Positions 26,377 through 34,028 of a DNA stretch of 43,668 nucleotides are shown piece after piece. Source of the DNA: a virus. A program made the position numbers and the translations under genes. The stretch lies in the IMG/VR virus record IMGVR_UViG_3300045988_096501; one strand, given 5' to 3'. A model generated the notes under the pieces. It saw only the letters and a program-made list of their open reading frames with translations. It ran no database searches and was not told the origin of the DNA. Each line of letters opens with the position of its first letter. Positions within the stretch are counted from its first letter, which is position 1.

Positions 26377-26955
26377 GTGGAGCGAACACAATTTACGTGG
26401 TATGAATCCTTCTCCAAGGCGATCAAAAGGATCAAAAAAAAGGCGGATCGCTGCGACGCGTATGACGCAATTTCCGATTATGCCCTATACGGAAGGGAGC
26501 CTGATCTTGACCAATTACCCGATTCCGCTGCTATTGCGTTCGAACTGATCAGACCGAATTTGGATGCAAGCAGGCGGAAAGCAAACGCCGGAAAATCTGG
26601 AGGAAGTGCAAAGCAAAACGCAAGCAAAGCGGAAGCAGAGCGCAAGCAAGAGGAAACCGAAAGGGAGAAAGAGAAAGAGAAAGAGAAAGAGAACGAATGT
26701 TATCCCCCTACCCCCTTACCAGACGGTAAGGGGAAGCGGCAAAGCCGCTTTATTCCCCCCACAGTGGAAGAAGTATGTGCGTATTGCCTGGAACGTGGCA
26801 ACGACGTGGACCCGGAGCAGTTTGTGGATTTCTACATGGCAAGGGGCTGGAGGTATGGACCCGGAAGGCCGATTGTGGACTGGAAGGCCGCCGTGCGGAC
26901 ATGGGAGAAACGCGGAGAAAAGAAGGGTGGAGAGGATGATTACTGGACCAAATAG
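26377..26955 (+). CDS. Replisome organiser / replication initiation protein (phage DnaD-like)
   Basis: GTG start; N-terminal replisome-organiser-like domain, EKEKEKEKE linker encoded by a GA simple repeat, C-terminal WKAAVRTWEKRG motif. Confidence 0.5.
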   Translation: MERTQFTWYESFSKAIKRIKKKADRCDAYDAISDYALYGREPDLDQLPDSAAIAFELIRPNLDASRRKANAGKSGGSAKQNASKAEAERKQEETEREKEKEKEKENECYPPTPLPDGKGKRQSRFIPPTVEEVCAYCLERGNDVDPEQFVDFYMARGWRYGPGRPIVDWKAAVRTWEKRGEKKGGEDDYWTK

Positions 26956-28192
26956 CTCCCTGCTCTACCGTCCGGAGCTGATGGACCCGGCGGAGCCGAC
27001 AGGGCTATGGTGGATGAAGGACGCGGAGGACACGGCTGTGGTGGGCGTGAACGCGGTGAGCAAGAGCATATTAGCACCGTGGAGCGACCTGGAGGCATGG
27101 GAGGAATGGCTGCGGCAGTTCCCGTACATCCTGGTAGCCGTTCCACCCGGAGGGGTGCAGGAGGAGATTGTGGGCGAGCTGACTGCGCGGGTTCCCATAC
27201 CGGTCAGCGTGCCGGCCCCGGCGGCGTTCAGAGGCTTTGAATCCATCCGGGCGCTTTGGGCCGACGGGGGGAAGAAGGCGCTGGAGCGGCTGCTGCTGGA
27301 GGCGCAGGAGCAGCCGGCGGCGGGGCTGCTGAACCTTGCCGACGTGGACTGCAGCAGGCGAAAAAACGCCAGGCGGGTGATCTCCGGAGTCGCGGACCTG
27401 GACCGGGCGATCGGCGGCTTCTCGGGGGGCGAGCTATCCGTGTGGACGGGAAAGCGCGGAGAGGGCAAGTCCACATTTCTGGGACAAATACTGCTGGAAA
27501 GCGTCAACCAGGGGCGCAAGGTGTGCGCGTACTCTGGAGAGATGCCGAAGGAGCAATTCAAGCTCTCTTTGCTTCAGCAGGCCGCGGGGCATTTGAACGT
27601 CAACCGGCGGGAGGACGACAGGAGCGGACGTGTGTTTTTCGACGTAAAGCCTGAGGTGATTCCGCTGATCGACGAATGGTGGAGCGGGCGACTATTTTTG
27701 ACGGATATTTCCCGCAAGGACGCGCATGATGAGCGGAATATTCTAAAGATTTTTGAGTACGCATACCGGCGCTACGGCTGCGACATTTTTCTGGTGGACA
27801 ACATCATGACGGCGGAACTTCGGGACGAGGCAAACCTTGGTTTTTGGCGGGCGCAGTCAGCCTTTACCGGTCGGCTTGTGGATTTTGCAAAGCGGCTGAA
27901 TGTGCACGTGCATCTGGTAGCCCATCCACGCAAAACGAATGGGAAGCTAGAGGCGGATGATGTGGGCGGCTCCAGCGATATCACCAACCGGGCGGACAAC
28001 GTGTTCAAGTTGGAGCGCGTACCGGACGAGGATGCGGCAGCGGCGGGGTACTCCACGCTGCTGACCGTGCTGAAGAACCGGGAGTTCGGCGCGCGGGACC
28101 GGGTGAAGCTGGACTATAACGAGCCATCTAGGCGGCTGTACAGGGCCGGAGGAAGTCCGGCGCGGCGCTTTTCGTGGGAGGCAAGGCGATGA
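26936..28192 (+). CDS. DnaB-like replicative helicase (RecA-fold C-terminal domain)
   Basis: Walker A GKRGEGKST, Walker B IFLVDNIM, VHLVAHPRK; RBS GAAGGGTGGAGAGG; the upstream in-frame extension to 26564 is rejected. Confidence 0.8.
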   Translation: MITGPNSSLLYRPELMDPAEPTGLWWMKDAEDTAVVGVNAVSKSILAPWSDLEAWEEWLRQFPYILVAVPPGGVQEEIVGELTARVPIPVSVPAPAAFRGFESIRALWADGGKKALERLLLEAQEQPAAGLLNLADVDCSRRKNARRVISGVADLDRAIGGFSGGELSVWTGKRGEGKSTFLGQILLESVNQGRKVCAYSGEMPKEQFKLSLLQQAAGHLNVNRREDDRSGRVFFDVKPEVIPLIDEWWSGRLFLTDISRKDAHDERNILKIFEYAYRRYGCDIFLVDNIMTAELRDEANLGFWRAQSAFTGRLVDFAKRLNVHVHLVAHPRKTNGKLEADDVGGSSDITNRADNVFKLERVPDEDAAAAGYSTLLTVLKNREFGARDRVKLDYNEPSRRLYRAGGSPARRFSWEARR

Positions 28193-28279
28193 GACGTAAA
28201 AAAGTGATTGCGCCGGAGCGTGAAGCGGTGGCGGACGCCATGGAATTTGTTCTGTTGGAATATCTGGAGGAGCATGCAA

Positions 28280-28681
28280 ATGACTGAGCTGAAATTTACG
28301 ATACCAGGACGACCCGCAACGAAAAAGAACAGCCAGCGGATTTTTGTGAACCAGAGGACGGGCACACGGTTTGTCAGGCCGTCAGGGGCGTTTGAGGCGT
28401 ATCAGGAGGCCTGTGGAGCGTACATACCCCACCAGTGGGCGATGCTGGAGGGGCCGTTCAACCTGAAATGCGTTTACTACATGCCGACCCGCCGTCGGGT
28501 GGACCTGTGCAATCTTTTGGGCGCAACCTGTGACATTTTGGTCCACTATGGGATGCTGAAAGACGACAACAGCGGTGTGGTAGCATCCCACGACGGGAGC
28601 CGGGTCTTGTACGACAAGGATCACCCGAGGGTAGACATTACCATCACGGAGGCGAAGAAGAATGAAGCAAGCGGAGAATAG
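28280..28681 (+). CDS. rusA: RusA-family Holliday junction resolvase
   Basis: MTELKFTIPGRPATKKN...PTRRRVDLCNLLGATCDILV...DDNSGVV...TITE matches RusA motifs; RBS GGAGGAG. Confidence 0.75.
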   Translation: MTELKFTIPGRPATKKNSQRIFVNQRTGTRFVRPSGAFEAYQEACGAYIPHQWAMLEGPFNLKCVYYMPTRRRVDLCNLLGATCDILVHYGMLKDDNSGVVASHDGSRVLYDKDHPRVDITITEAKKNEASGE

Positions 28682-28859
28682 AGCGCCGTGCTACCGGTGC
28701 GGGAAGTGTCCGGTTAAGCCGGAGGAGTGGGGGAAATGGGAACTGAGCCGGATCTGTGATCCTGCATACGACTGTCCGAAGTGGAGAGAGTGGTTCATGC
28801 ACGGCGGCTGGCGCGGTGTATGCGCTCCGCTGCGGGCGCTGAGAGGGAAAAAAGAATGA
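28662..28859 (+). CDS. Small Cys-rich hypothetical protein
   Basis: CYRCGKCP...CDPAYDCP; 65 aa. Confidence 0.35.
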   Translation: MKQAENRAPCYRCGKCPVKPEEWGKWELSRICDPAYDCPKWREWFMHGGWRGVCAPLRALRGKKE

Positions 28860-29212
28860 TCGGGACTGGATTTAACAAGCCGTTTTCGGGCAAGCAGGAC
28901 AGGCTAGAAGGGGCGCACAAGCCGTGGAGCGGGCCGGAGGGCGGCAAACGCGTGGCAGGCGAAGGAAATGATAGGGTGAATGCCCAAAATGCCAGAGCGC
29001 GGGCCGTCGGCATGTCCTACGGAGAATACACGTCGCTGTCCGATGAGCAGGACGATGGATTGCTTTTAGACCTGAAAATTTTGGAGCGAAAATTAGGGCG
29101 ATCAGATACAGAGGCAGCCGATACGATCAAGAGAGCCGTCAACCAGATACGTATGCAGAAGGTGAAGCTGGGGCGCTTTGAGCAGAAGGAGGCGCAGAGG
29201 GGTGGACATTGA
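28856..29212 (+). CDS. Hypothetical protein
   Basis: ATG overlaps the upstream stop; 118 aa. Confidence 0.4.
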   Translation: MIGTGFNKPFSGKQDRLEGAHKPWSGPEGGKRVAGEGNDRVNAQNARARAVGMSYGEYTSLSDEQDDGLLLDLKILERKLGRSDTEAADTIKRAVNQIRMQKVKLGRFEQKEAQRGGH

Positions 29213-29426
29213 GAAGCTGATTGAGCAATACCAGAAAGCCTCCGAATACTGGAGCAAGAATAGAACCAATTTCCCGGATGTGGCCGCATCTTACGAAGCG
29301 GCTGCCACCGCCCTCTCCACGCTCCAGGTCGAAAACAAGCGGCTGAAATCCCTGCTGGGTGAAGGCGGGCAGGACTTGTGGAGCAAAGAGAACCAGCGGG
29401 CGGACCGGCAGGAAGCTGAGAACTGA
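29201..29426 (+). CDS. Hypothetical protein
   Basis: GTG start after AGAGGGG. Confidence 0.35.
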
Positions 29427-29450
29427 AAGCCAGAATGGAGGGGTGGAGAA

Positions 29451-29669
29451 GTGAGCATATTGAGCCGAATGATTGCGTGGGTAGAAAGGGCAAAGTATTG
29501 GCTATCCCGTGAATACTGCTACGATGAAATGGAAGAAAAGGGATACGCCTCAATGGGGCGCTGCTGTGGGCTTGTGGGCGGCGATAAATGGTCTGATTAT
29601 ACGGCTTACAGTTGCATTGACTGCCCGTACTATACACCGATTATTGGAGGGGAACATGAAACTAGTTGA
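29451..29669 (+). CDS. Small Cys-rich hypothetical protein
   Basis: GTG start after GGAGGGGTGGAGAA; CCGL...CIDCPYY. Confidence 0.4.
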   Translation: MSILSRMIAWVERAKYWLSREYCYDEMEEKGYASMGRCCGLVGGDKWSDYTAYSCIDCPYYTPIIGGEHETS

Positions 29670-29958
29670 CATAGAACAGGTATATTGTTCCGATTGCGAA
29701 GAAAAAGGTGTCTGCGAAAAAGTCACTTGTGATGTAAAGAAAATGCCTACTATTTACGTCGTGCCTGTGGTCAGATGCCGGGAGTGCAAGCATTATCATG
29801 CCGATACAGGCTGGTGCGATCAACTATCATATTTTCAGACCTCGGACGGGGAACCTTGTTCTCCGGCTGAAAGTATGGACTGGAAGATGTTCCAGGAAAA
29901 CGACTATTGTTCTATGGGCCAGCGAAAGGAGGCCGAACATGACGTTTCGGAATCCTGA
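29656..29958 (+). CDS. Cys-rich (zinc-finger-like) hypothetical protein
   Basis: CSDCEEKGVCEKVTC...CRECKHYH...WC motifs; RBS GGAGGGGAAC. Confidence 0.45.
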   Translation: MKLVDIEQVYCSDCEEKGVCEKVTCDVKKMPTIYVVPVVRCRECKHYHADTGWCDQLSYFQTSDGEPCSPAESMDWKMFQENDYCSMGQRKEAEHDVSES

Positions 29959-30069
29959 TACAAACCAAATATTTGTTGATATCTGTGCCGCATATACTGA
30001 TTTTTGCAATGCCAGAGACTGCGATATGGATTGCCCATTAGACGCTCCAACATGTAAGGATGGGCTATG
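29939..30069 (+). CDS. Small Cys-rich hypothetical protein (43 aa)
   Basis: RBS AAAGGAGGCC; ICAAYTDFCNARDCDMDCPLDAPTC. Confidence 0.35.
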
Positions 30070-30179
30070 AGGTGGTGGGGGACGACGAAAAGTGTTTGGA
30101 TTGTGTCTATCCAAGCCCGTCAGTGGAGTGCGTGACATGCGGGACATCGCATCGCAACTATCAGAAGGAGGAGACCGAC

Positions 30180-30566
30180 ATGGACAAGCCTAGAATTTGC
30201 GAGGTGCTGGGGGTTGAAGTAAATGAACAATTTGACTTTTGTATGTATAACGGTCTTTATGTCGATAAAGCTGGATATGTCCGTACAAACAAAGGTGTAA
30301 TAATTGACGGGGATGTACTCTGCCTCTTATTTAATGAGCCTAGCCACATCATCCGAAAGCCCCGCTGGACGGAGCAGGAGGTAAAGGCGGCTGAAGCGAT
30401 CCTAACTCTTTGGCCAGATGCAACTATACTGGAAGATGGCCGTCCATACTATATTCGGGTCCATGGAAAAGACAGGGTGTTGACTACCGTAGACTTAGAT
30501 TTGTTCCCAAGCATCCAGCCAGGCCAGTCCGTTAAACTGTCACAGATTTGCGGAGGTATCCAATGA
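30180..30566 (+). CDS. Hypothetical protein
   Basis: RBS AGAAGGAGGAG 7 nt upstream of ATG 30180; the frame is open from 30060, so an alternative longer Cys-rich N-terminus is possible. Confidence 0.45.
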   Translation: MDKPRICEVLGVEVNEQFDFCMYNGLYVDKAGYVRTNKGVIIDGDVLCLLFNEPSHIIRKPRWTEQEVKAAEAILTLWPDATILEDGRPYYIRVHGKDRVLTTVDLDLFPSIQPGQSVKLSQICGGIQ

Positions 30567-31012
30567 GAGAAATCCTTTTCAAAGCCAAGCGGCTGGATAG
30601 TGGAGAGTGGGTGGAGGGGCATTATGTATCTCATAGAGGATGCTGCCATTTTATTATCCCGCTCCCTTTTGGTGGATATATAGCCAAAGACAGCACTTTT
30701 TATGCGCCGGGTGCGTATATGGTTGACCCCTCCACGGTTTGCGAGTACACCGGGCTGACCGACAGTGATGGAAAGCGTGTTTTTGATGGAGATGTCCTCA
30801 AATTCCGTGATGAGCCAAACGACTATGAATGGATTGGCCGTGTGGAGTTTGGGAATCCAAATGGCAGCTATACATGGGGCTGGCAACTGGTCCACATGAG
30901 CGGCCCGGAGCCGAATATTGATACCCTGTGCTGGTTTGATATGGAGGAAGTAGGAGTATACAATGAAGTCATCGGAACTATCCACGACGGGGAGGGCGGA
31001 CAGCATGAGTAA
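30563..31012 (+). CDS. YopX-family phage protein
   Basis: MREILFKAKRLDSGEWVEGHYV...EYTGLTDSDGKRVFDGDVL...EVIGTIHD matches the YopX pattern. Confidence 0.75.
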   Translation: MREILFKAKRLDSGEWVEGHYVSHRGCCHFIIPLPFGGYIAKDSTFYAPGAYMVDPSTVCEYTGLTDSDGKRVFDGDVLKFRDEPNDYEWIGRVEFGNPNGSYTWGWQLVHMSGPEPNIDTLCWFDMEEVGVYNEVIGTIHDGEGGQHE

Positions 31013-31271
31013 AAAAATAAATCCTCGCAGACGGCCTGCAACACAAGCCGACGTAGACCGTGCCAAAAGGCAAGCGACTGAGGATGCTGTCAAACTGGCA
31101 TGGTCCATTCTGTTTACCGTCTTGGCCGATAAAGAGGGTTATGATCTGGAGAGCCTGCGGCGGGTATGGCAAGAAGTGGACAACCTCTCGGACAGTATTG
31201 TAAAGGGGTATTGCACAGTATCAGACCTAAGAGACATTTTAAAGCAGGAAGTTGGAGCAAATATTGTCTGA
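31005..31271 (+). CDS. Hypothetical small protein
   Basis: 88 aa, immediately upstream of a small HTH gene. Confidence 0.45.
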   Translation: MSKKINPRRRPATQADVDRAKRQATEDAVKLAWSILFTVLADKEGYDLESLRRVWQEVDNLSDSIVKGYCTVSDLRDILKQEVGANIV

Positions 31272-31286
31272 CAGCGAGGTAATGAA

Positions 31287-31517
31287 TTGAGTGAGTTATC
31301 TGAGCGGCTGAGGAAGCTGAGGGAGAGCATGCGCCCGGTGCGAAGCATGACGGTGACTTCACAGTTGATGGGGCTGCACCCTGATATGCTGCGCAGATAC
31401 GAGCGAGGGGAATCTGAACCGCTGCCTGATGCGCTTTGTTTGATGGCAGATTATTACGGTGTAAGTACAGATTATCTTTTGGGGCGCACAGACTTCCCGT
31501 TTGTACGTAAGCTGTAA
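31287..31517 (+). CDS. Small XRE-family HTH protein
   Basis: TTG start after GAGGTAA; MTVTSQLMGLHPDMLRRYERGESEP...MADYYGVSTDYLLGRTD. Confidence 0.6.
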   Translation: MSELSERLRKLRESMRPVRSMTVTSQLMGLHPDMLRRYERGESEPLPDALCLMADYYGVSTDYLLGRTDFPFVRKL

Positions 31518-31680
31518 TCTTTTATCATCTCAAAACAATATACAAGCCCTCCCACAGGAATGGGAGAGCAAAGCGTAATGTATGCAATAATGGGAGCGTG
31601 GGGGTGTATGCCCTTCGCTCCCACTTTATTTCCCTTCCTTGCCCGGCGGCGGTTGACCTCCTGCTGCCGTCGGGGTATAT

Positions 31681-31759
31681 GCTCTTGTAGCTCAGCGGGG
31701 AGAGCGGCCCGGAAAAGCGGGTGGTCAAAGCGTCACTGGTTCGAGTCCAGTCAAGAGCT
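31681..31759 (+). tRNA. tRNA-like gene with canonical acceptor, D and T arms but atypical anticodon arm
   Basis: Acceptor gctcttg/caagagc (7 bp); D-arm gctc-agcgggga-gagc; T-arm actgg-ttcgagt-ccagt; middle hairpin gcccg-gaaaag-cgggt has a 6-nt loop; no encoded CCA. Confidence 0.4.
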
Positions 31760-31805
31760 TGTGGATGGTAGTTTTCCATCCGCAGAGTACATTTGCCGCT
31801 CCAAA

Positions 31806-31909
31806 GGCCACGGAGCTGACACCCCGGAAAGACGGGGGCATGCGGCCATAAAGGAATGAGTAGAGCGGTGTATGCCGCTGCAGCAGTTCGATTCTGCTGG
31901 TGGCCCCCA
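31806..31909 (+). ncRNA. tRNA/tmRNA-like 3' element: T-arm + acceptor 3' strand + encoded CCA
   Basis: agcag-ttcgatt-ctgct T-arm, ggtggcc acceptor half, discriminator c, CCA (31907..31909); partial 5' complement ggccac at 31806; internal hairpins 31822..31838 and 31864..31879. Confidence 0.25.
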
Positions 31910-32043
31910 GAAGCTGGGTCGCGCCCAGATGATCTGAGCGTAGCGCAATTCCTCAGAGAGAAAGACAATGCCCGCTGAAAACTGCCGTGCTGCCTGTATA
32001 CGGGCCTCCTGCAACGGTGTGATAATCTAAGCGTGAAGCGCAA

Positions 32044-32069
32044 ATAAAAACCGCCCCACGAGGGGGCGG
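32044..32069 (-). terminator. Rho-independent terminator after the AP2/HNH gene
   Basis: Minus strand ccgccccctcgtggggcgg followed by TTTTTATTT. Confidence 0.65.
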
Positions 32070-32070
32070 A

Positions 32071-32529
32071 TCAATCAATGGAATCTATTGCGTTCTGTAA
32101 TCGTTCCTGCTCGCCTTGCTTCCTAGCCTTTACCGCAGCCTGAAAATCTGGCCCGCGATAAAGCCGGATGCGCTGGCCCTTGTAGTATAGCGTTGCCTCC
32201 CACTGGCCGCCGGTCCAACATACGCCGCGCACACCGGAGCGATTATTTCGTTGCGGCTTTGATGATTGGAGCCTGGATAAGTTGGTTCCGTTGGTAATGC
32301 CGGCATTCCGGACTACCTGACCGAGCCGGTCCCCCAAATAGGAGGGGTGGAGGCACCCACAGCTTTTTGTTTTTGCAGACCGGAGTGACCTGGTGGACAG
32401 ATAGCACTCCTTGCCGCAGGCTGTACAAAGGCACTTGTATACCACGTTAGACCCGGCACGGCGGTCAGTCGGGGCAATCACTTTGATATAGCCGTAGGTC
32501 TTGCCGGTCAAATCAAGTCGTTTTGGCAT
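32071..32529 (-). CDS. AP2-domain protein with N-terminal Cys4 zinc region (HNH-endonuclease-associated family)
   Basis: AP2 domain SGVRGVCWTGGQWEATLYYKGQRIRLYRGPDFQAAVKARK; N-terminal CLCTACGKEC...CGCL is paralogous to ORF 1193..2080. Confidence 0.75.
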   Translation of the reverse strand: MPKRLDLTGKTYGYIKVIAPTDRRAGSNVVYKCLCTACGKECYLSTRSLRSAKTKSCGCLHPSYLGDRLGQVVRNAGITNGTNLSRLQSSKPQRNNRSGVRGVCWTGGQWEATLYYKGQRIRLYRGPDFQAAVKARKQGEQERLQNAIDSID

Positions 32530-32540
32530 TTGTAAGCTCC

Positions 32541-32822
32541 TTATATCAAGGCGTGGGGATCAACGCCGAGAACATCGGCAAGGGCAAGCAGGTTTTTTGC
32601 TGTCAAATTACCTGCCTCGGACTCGCCAAGCTCCACCCGCTGGATCTGGCGCACATGCACGGAGGACTTAGTGGCTAGCTCCTGCTGAGAGAGCCCGGCG
32701 CCGCGGCGGTACCACTCCAGCTTGGTGAGCGCATTGTTATGGCAGTCCCGGCCATAGTTGACCAGGGAGCAGACAGTACAGTCTCCGTCTGTCCGTTGGC
32801 AGTCCCGATATTTGCGCCTCAT
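32541..32822 (-). CDS. HTH (XRE-like) protein with N-terminal Cys cluster
   Basis: CQRTDGDCTVCSL...CHN then LSQQELATKSSVHVRQIQRVELGES. Confidence 0.55.
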   Translation of the reverse strand: MRRKYRDCQRTDGDCTVCSLVNYGRDCHNNALTKLEWYRRGAGLSQQELATKSSVHVRQIQRVELGESEAGNLTAKNLLALADVLGVDPHALI

Positions 32823-33079
32823 CCGTCCACCTCCTCAGCGCCGCCGTTGCGGGCCTCGACCAAGCGCTGGATTGCACGGTAGCACTCCTCTGGGTCGTCC
32901 TCGCCGCCCTCCCAGCAGTCCTCGATCGGGTCGCCTCCGGCCTTGAGGTCGGCCAGGGTGGCGCGGACGAGCTCCTGGTCCAGGTCGGTCAGATAGTAGA
33001 CGCAGCGGTCGTTGCTGTCCAGCACGGCCAGGTGCAGGCCACCTGCATTGTCTGCAAAGAGTTGATAGTTGTATTTCAT
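32819..33079 (-). CDS. Small highly acidic hypothetical protein
   Basis: 86 aa, about 20 Asp/Glu versus 7 Lys/Arg; immediately upstream (same operon) of the small HTH gene. Confidence 0.45.
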   Translation of the reverse strand: MKYNYQLFADNAGGLHLAVLDSNDRCVYYLTDLDQELVRATLADLKAGGDPIEDCWEGGEDDPEECYRAIQRLVEARNGGAEEVDG

Positions 33080-33094
33080 CTTGTTTACCTCCTG

Positions 33095-33481
33095 TTAGGG
33101 ATTCATCATTTTTTCCACGGCGGCCCGGTGGGCCTCCACCTCTGACATAATGGCATTGTGGGCAGCGATGCGGCGGGCACGGTCCGCTCTCTCCTCACCG
33201 TAAACGGCGGAGGACACCTCGGACGGAAGGGCAACCAAGATGCGATCCTTGCCCACACGGTCGATCAGGATGCAGTCGGTGCCGCGCTCATTATAGAGCT
33301 CATGGAGCTTGGTGGGTTTGCCGTTGACGGTCATGCTATCCACGGACCGCTCCCAGCGGCTGCAATCGGCCTCGATCTGCGCACCGTCTGCATAGATGGT
33401 CTCGCGGGTGACATGGGTCACGGTAATGGTGGCAGAGATCTTCGCTCCGCGGGGGGTTGTCCAAGTGTAAGTGTTAGTCAT
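33095..33481 (-). CDS. Hypothetical protein
   Basis: RBS AGGAGGTCACAGAA before ATG at 33481; first gene of the minus-strand cassette. Confidence 0.5.
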   Translation of the reverse strand: MTNTYTWTTPRGAKISATITVTHVTRETIYADGAQIEADCSRWERSVDSMTVNGKPTKLHELYNERGTDCILIDRVGKDRILVALPSEVSSAVYGEERADRARRIAAHNAIMSEVEAHRAAVEKMMNP

Positions 33482-33584
33482 TTCTGTGACCTCCTGTCCT
33501 TTGATGATTTTATTATACGCCAATATTAGCACGTTGTCAATAGAAAAATGCTAAAATTAGCATAAAATATTTGCCGCCCTGCGG

Positions 33585-34028
33585 TTGCGGGAGACGGGGG
33601 CGGAACCAGAACAGAAGGATTTTGACGTAAGAGAGGTGGTGGACGTGGCTGCACGGCTGACAGATAGGCAGAAAAAGAAAATAGTGGCTGACTATGTGCA
33701 GCTTGGTAGCTATAACGCCACAGCAAAAGTAAACGGTGTATCACTCAACACTGTAAAGAAGATTGTGCAAGGAAATGCAGACATTGCAGAAATGTGCAAG
33801 CGAAAAAAAGAGGAGAACACCGCTGACATCCTGGCTTATATGGACAGCAAGAAGGGCGTTGTGTGCGAAATCATCGGAAATGGACTGACCGTGCTGAACG
33901 ATCCGGAGAAGCTGGCGGAGGCCACCCCAGCGCAGATCACAACGGCGCTGGGCACACTGATTGACAAGTGGGCATTGCTTAAGAACAGCGGAGAGGATAG
34001 CGAGGTACAGGTGATAATTGATGTCTAA
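33585..34028 (+). CDS. terS: Terminase small subunit
   Basis: LTDRQKKKIVADYVQLGSYNATAKVNGVSLNTVKK HTH typical of TerS; the true start is probably an internal GTG near 33636..33645 (RBS AAGAGAGG). Confidence 0.7.
   Translation: MRETGAEPEQKDFDVREVVDVAARLTDRQKKKIVADYVQLGSYNATAKVNGVSLNTVKKIVQGNADIAEMCKRKKEENTADILAYMDSKKGVVCEIIGNGLTVLNDPEKLAEATPAQITTALGTLIDKWALLKNSGEDSEVQVIIDV

Noticed and set aside
26640-26700. GA-rich simple sequence repeat (gagaaagagaaagagaaagagaaagag)
   Set aside because: Lies in frame within the replisome organiser gene encoding an EKEKEK linker; noted as possibly slippage-prone but not a separate element
26564-26935. Upstream in-frame extension of the helicase ORF overlapping the organiser gene by about 390 nt
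   Set aside because: Extension is Lys/Arg-rich junk mirroring the GA repeat; a good RBS and ATG at 26936 directly after the organiser stop give a normal gene junction
31653-31681. TTGACC-17-TATATG promoter-like motif immediately upstream of the tRNA-like element
   Set aside because: The -10 hexamer would overlap the predicted tRNA 5' end, so either the motif is fortuitous or the mature RNA is processed; kept only as a note
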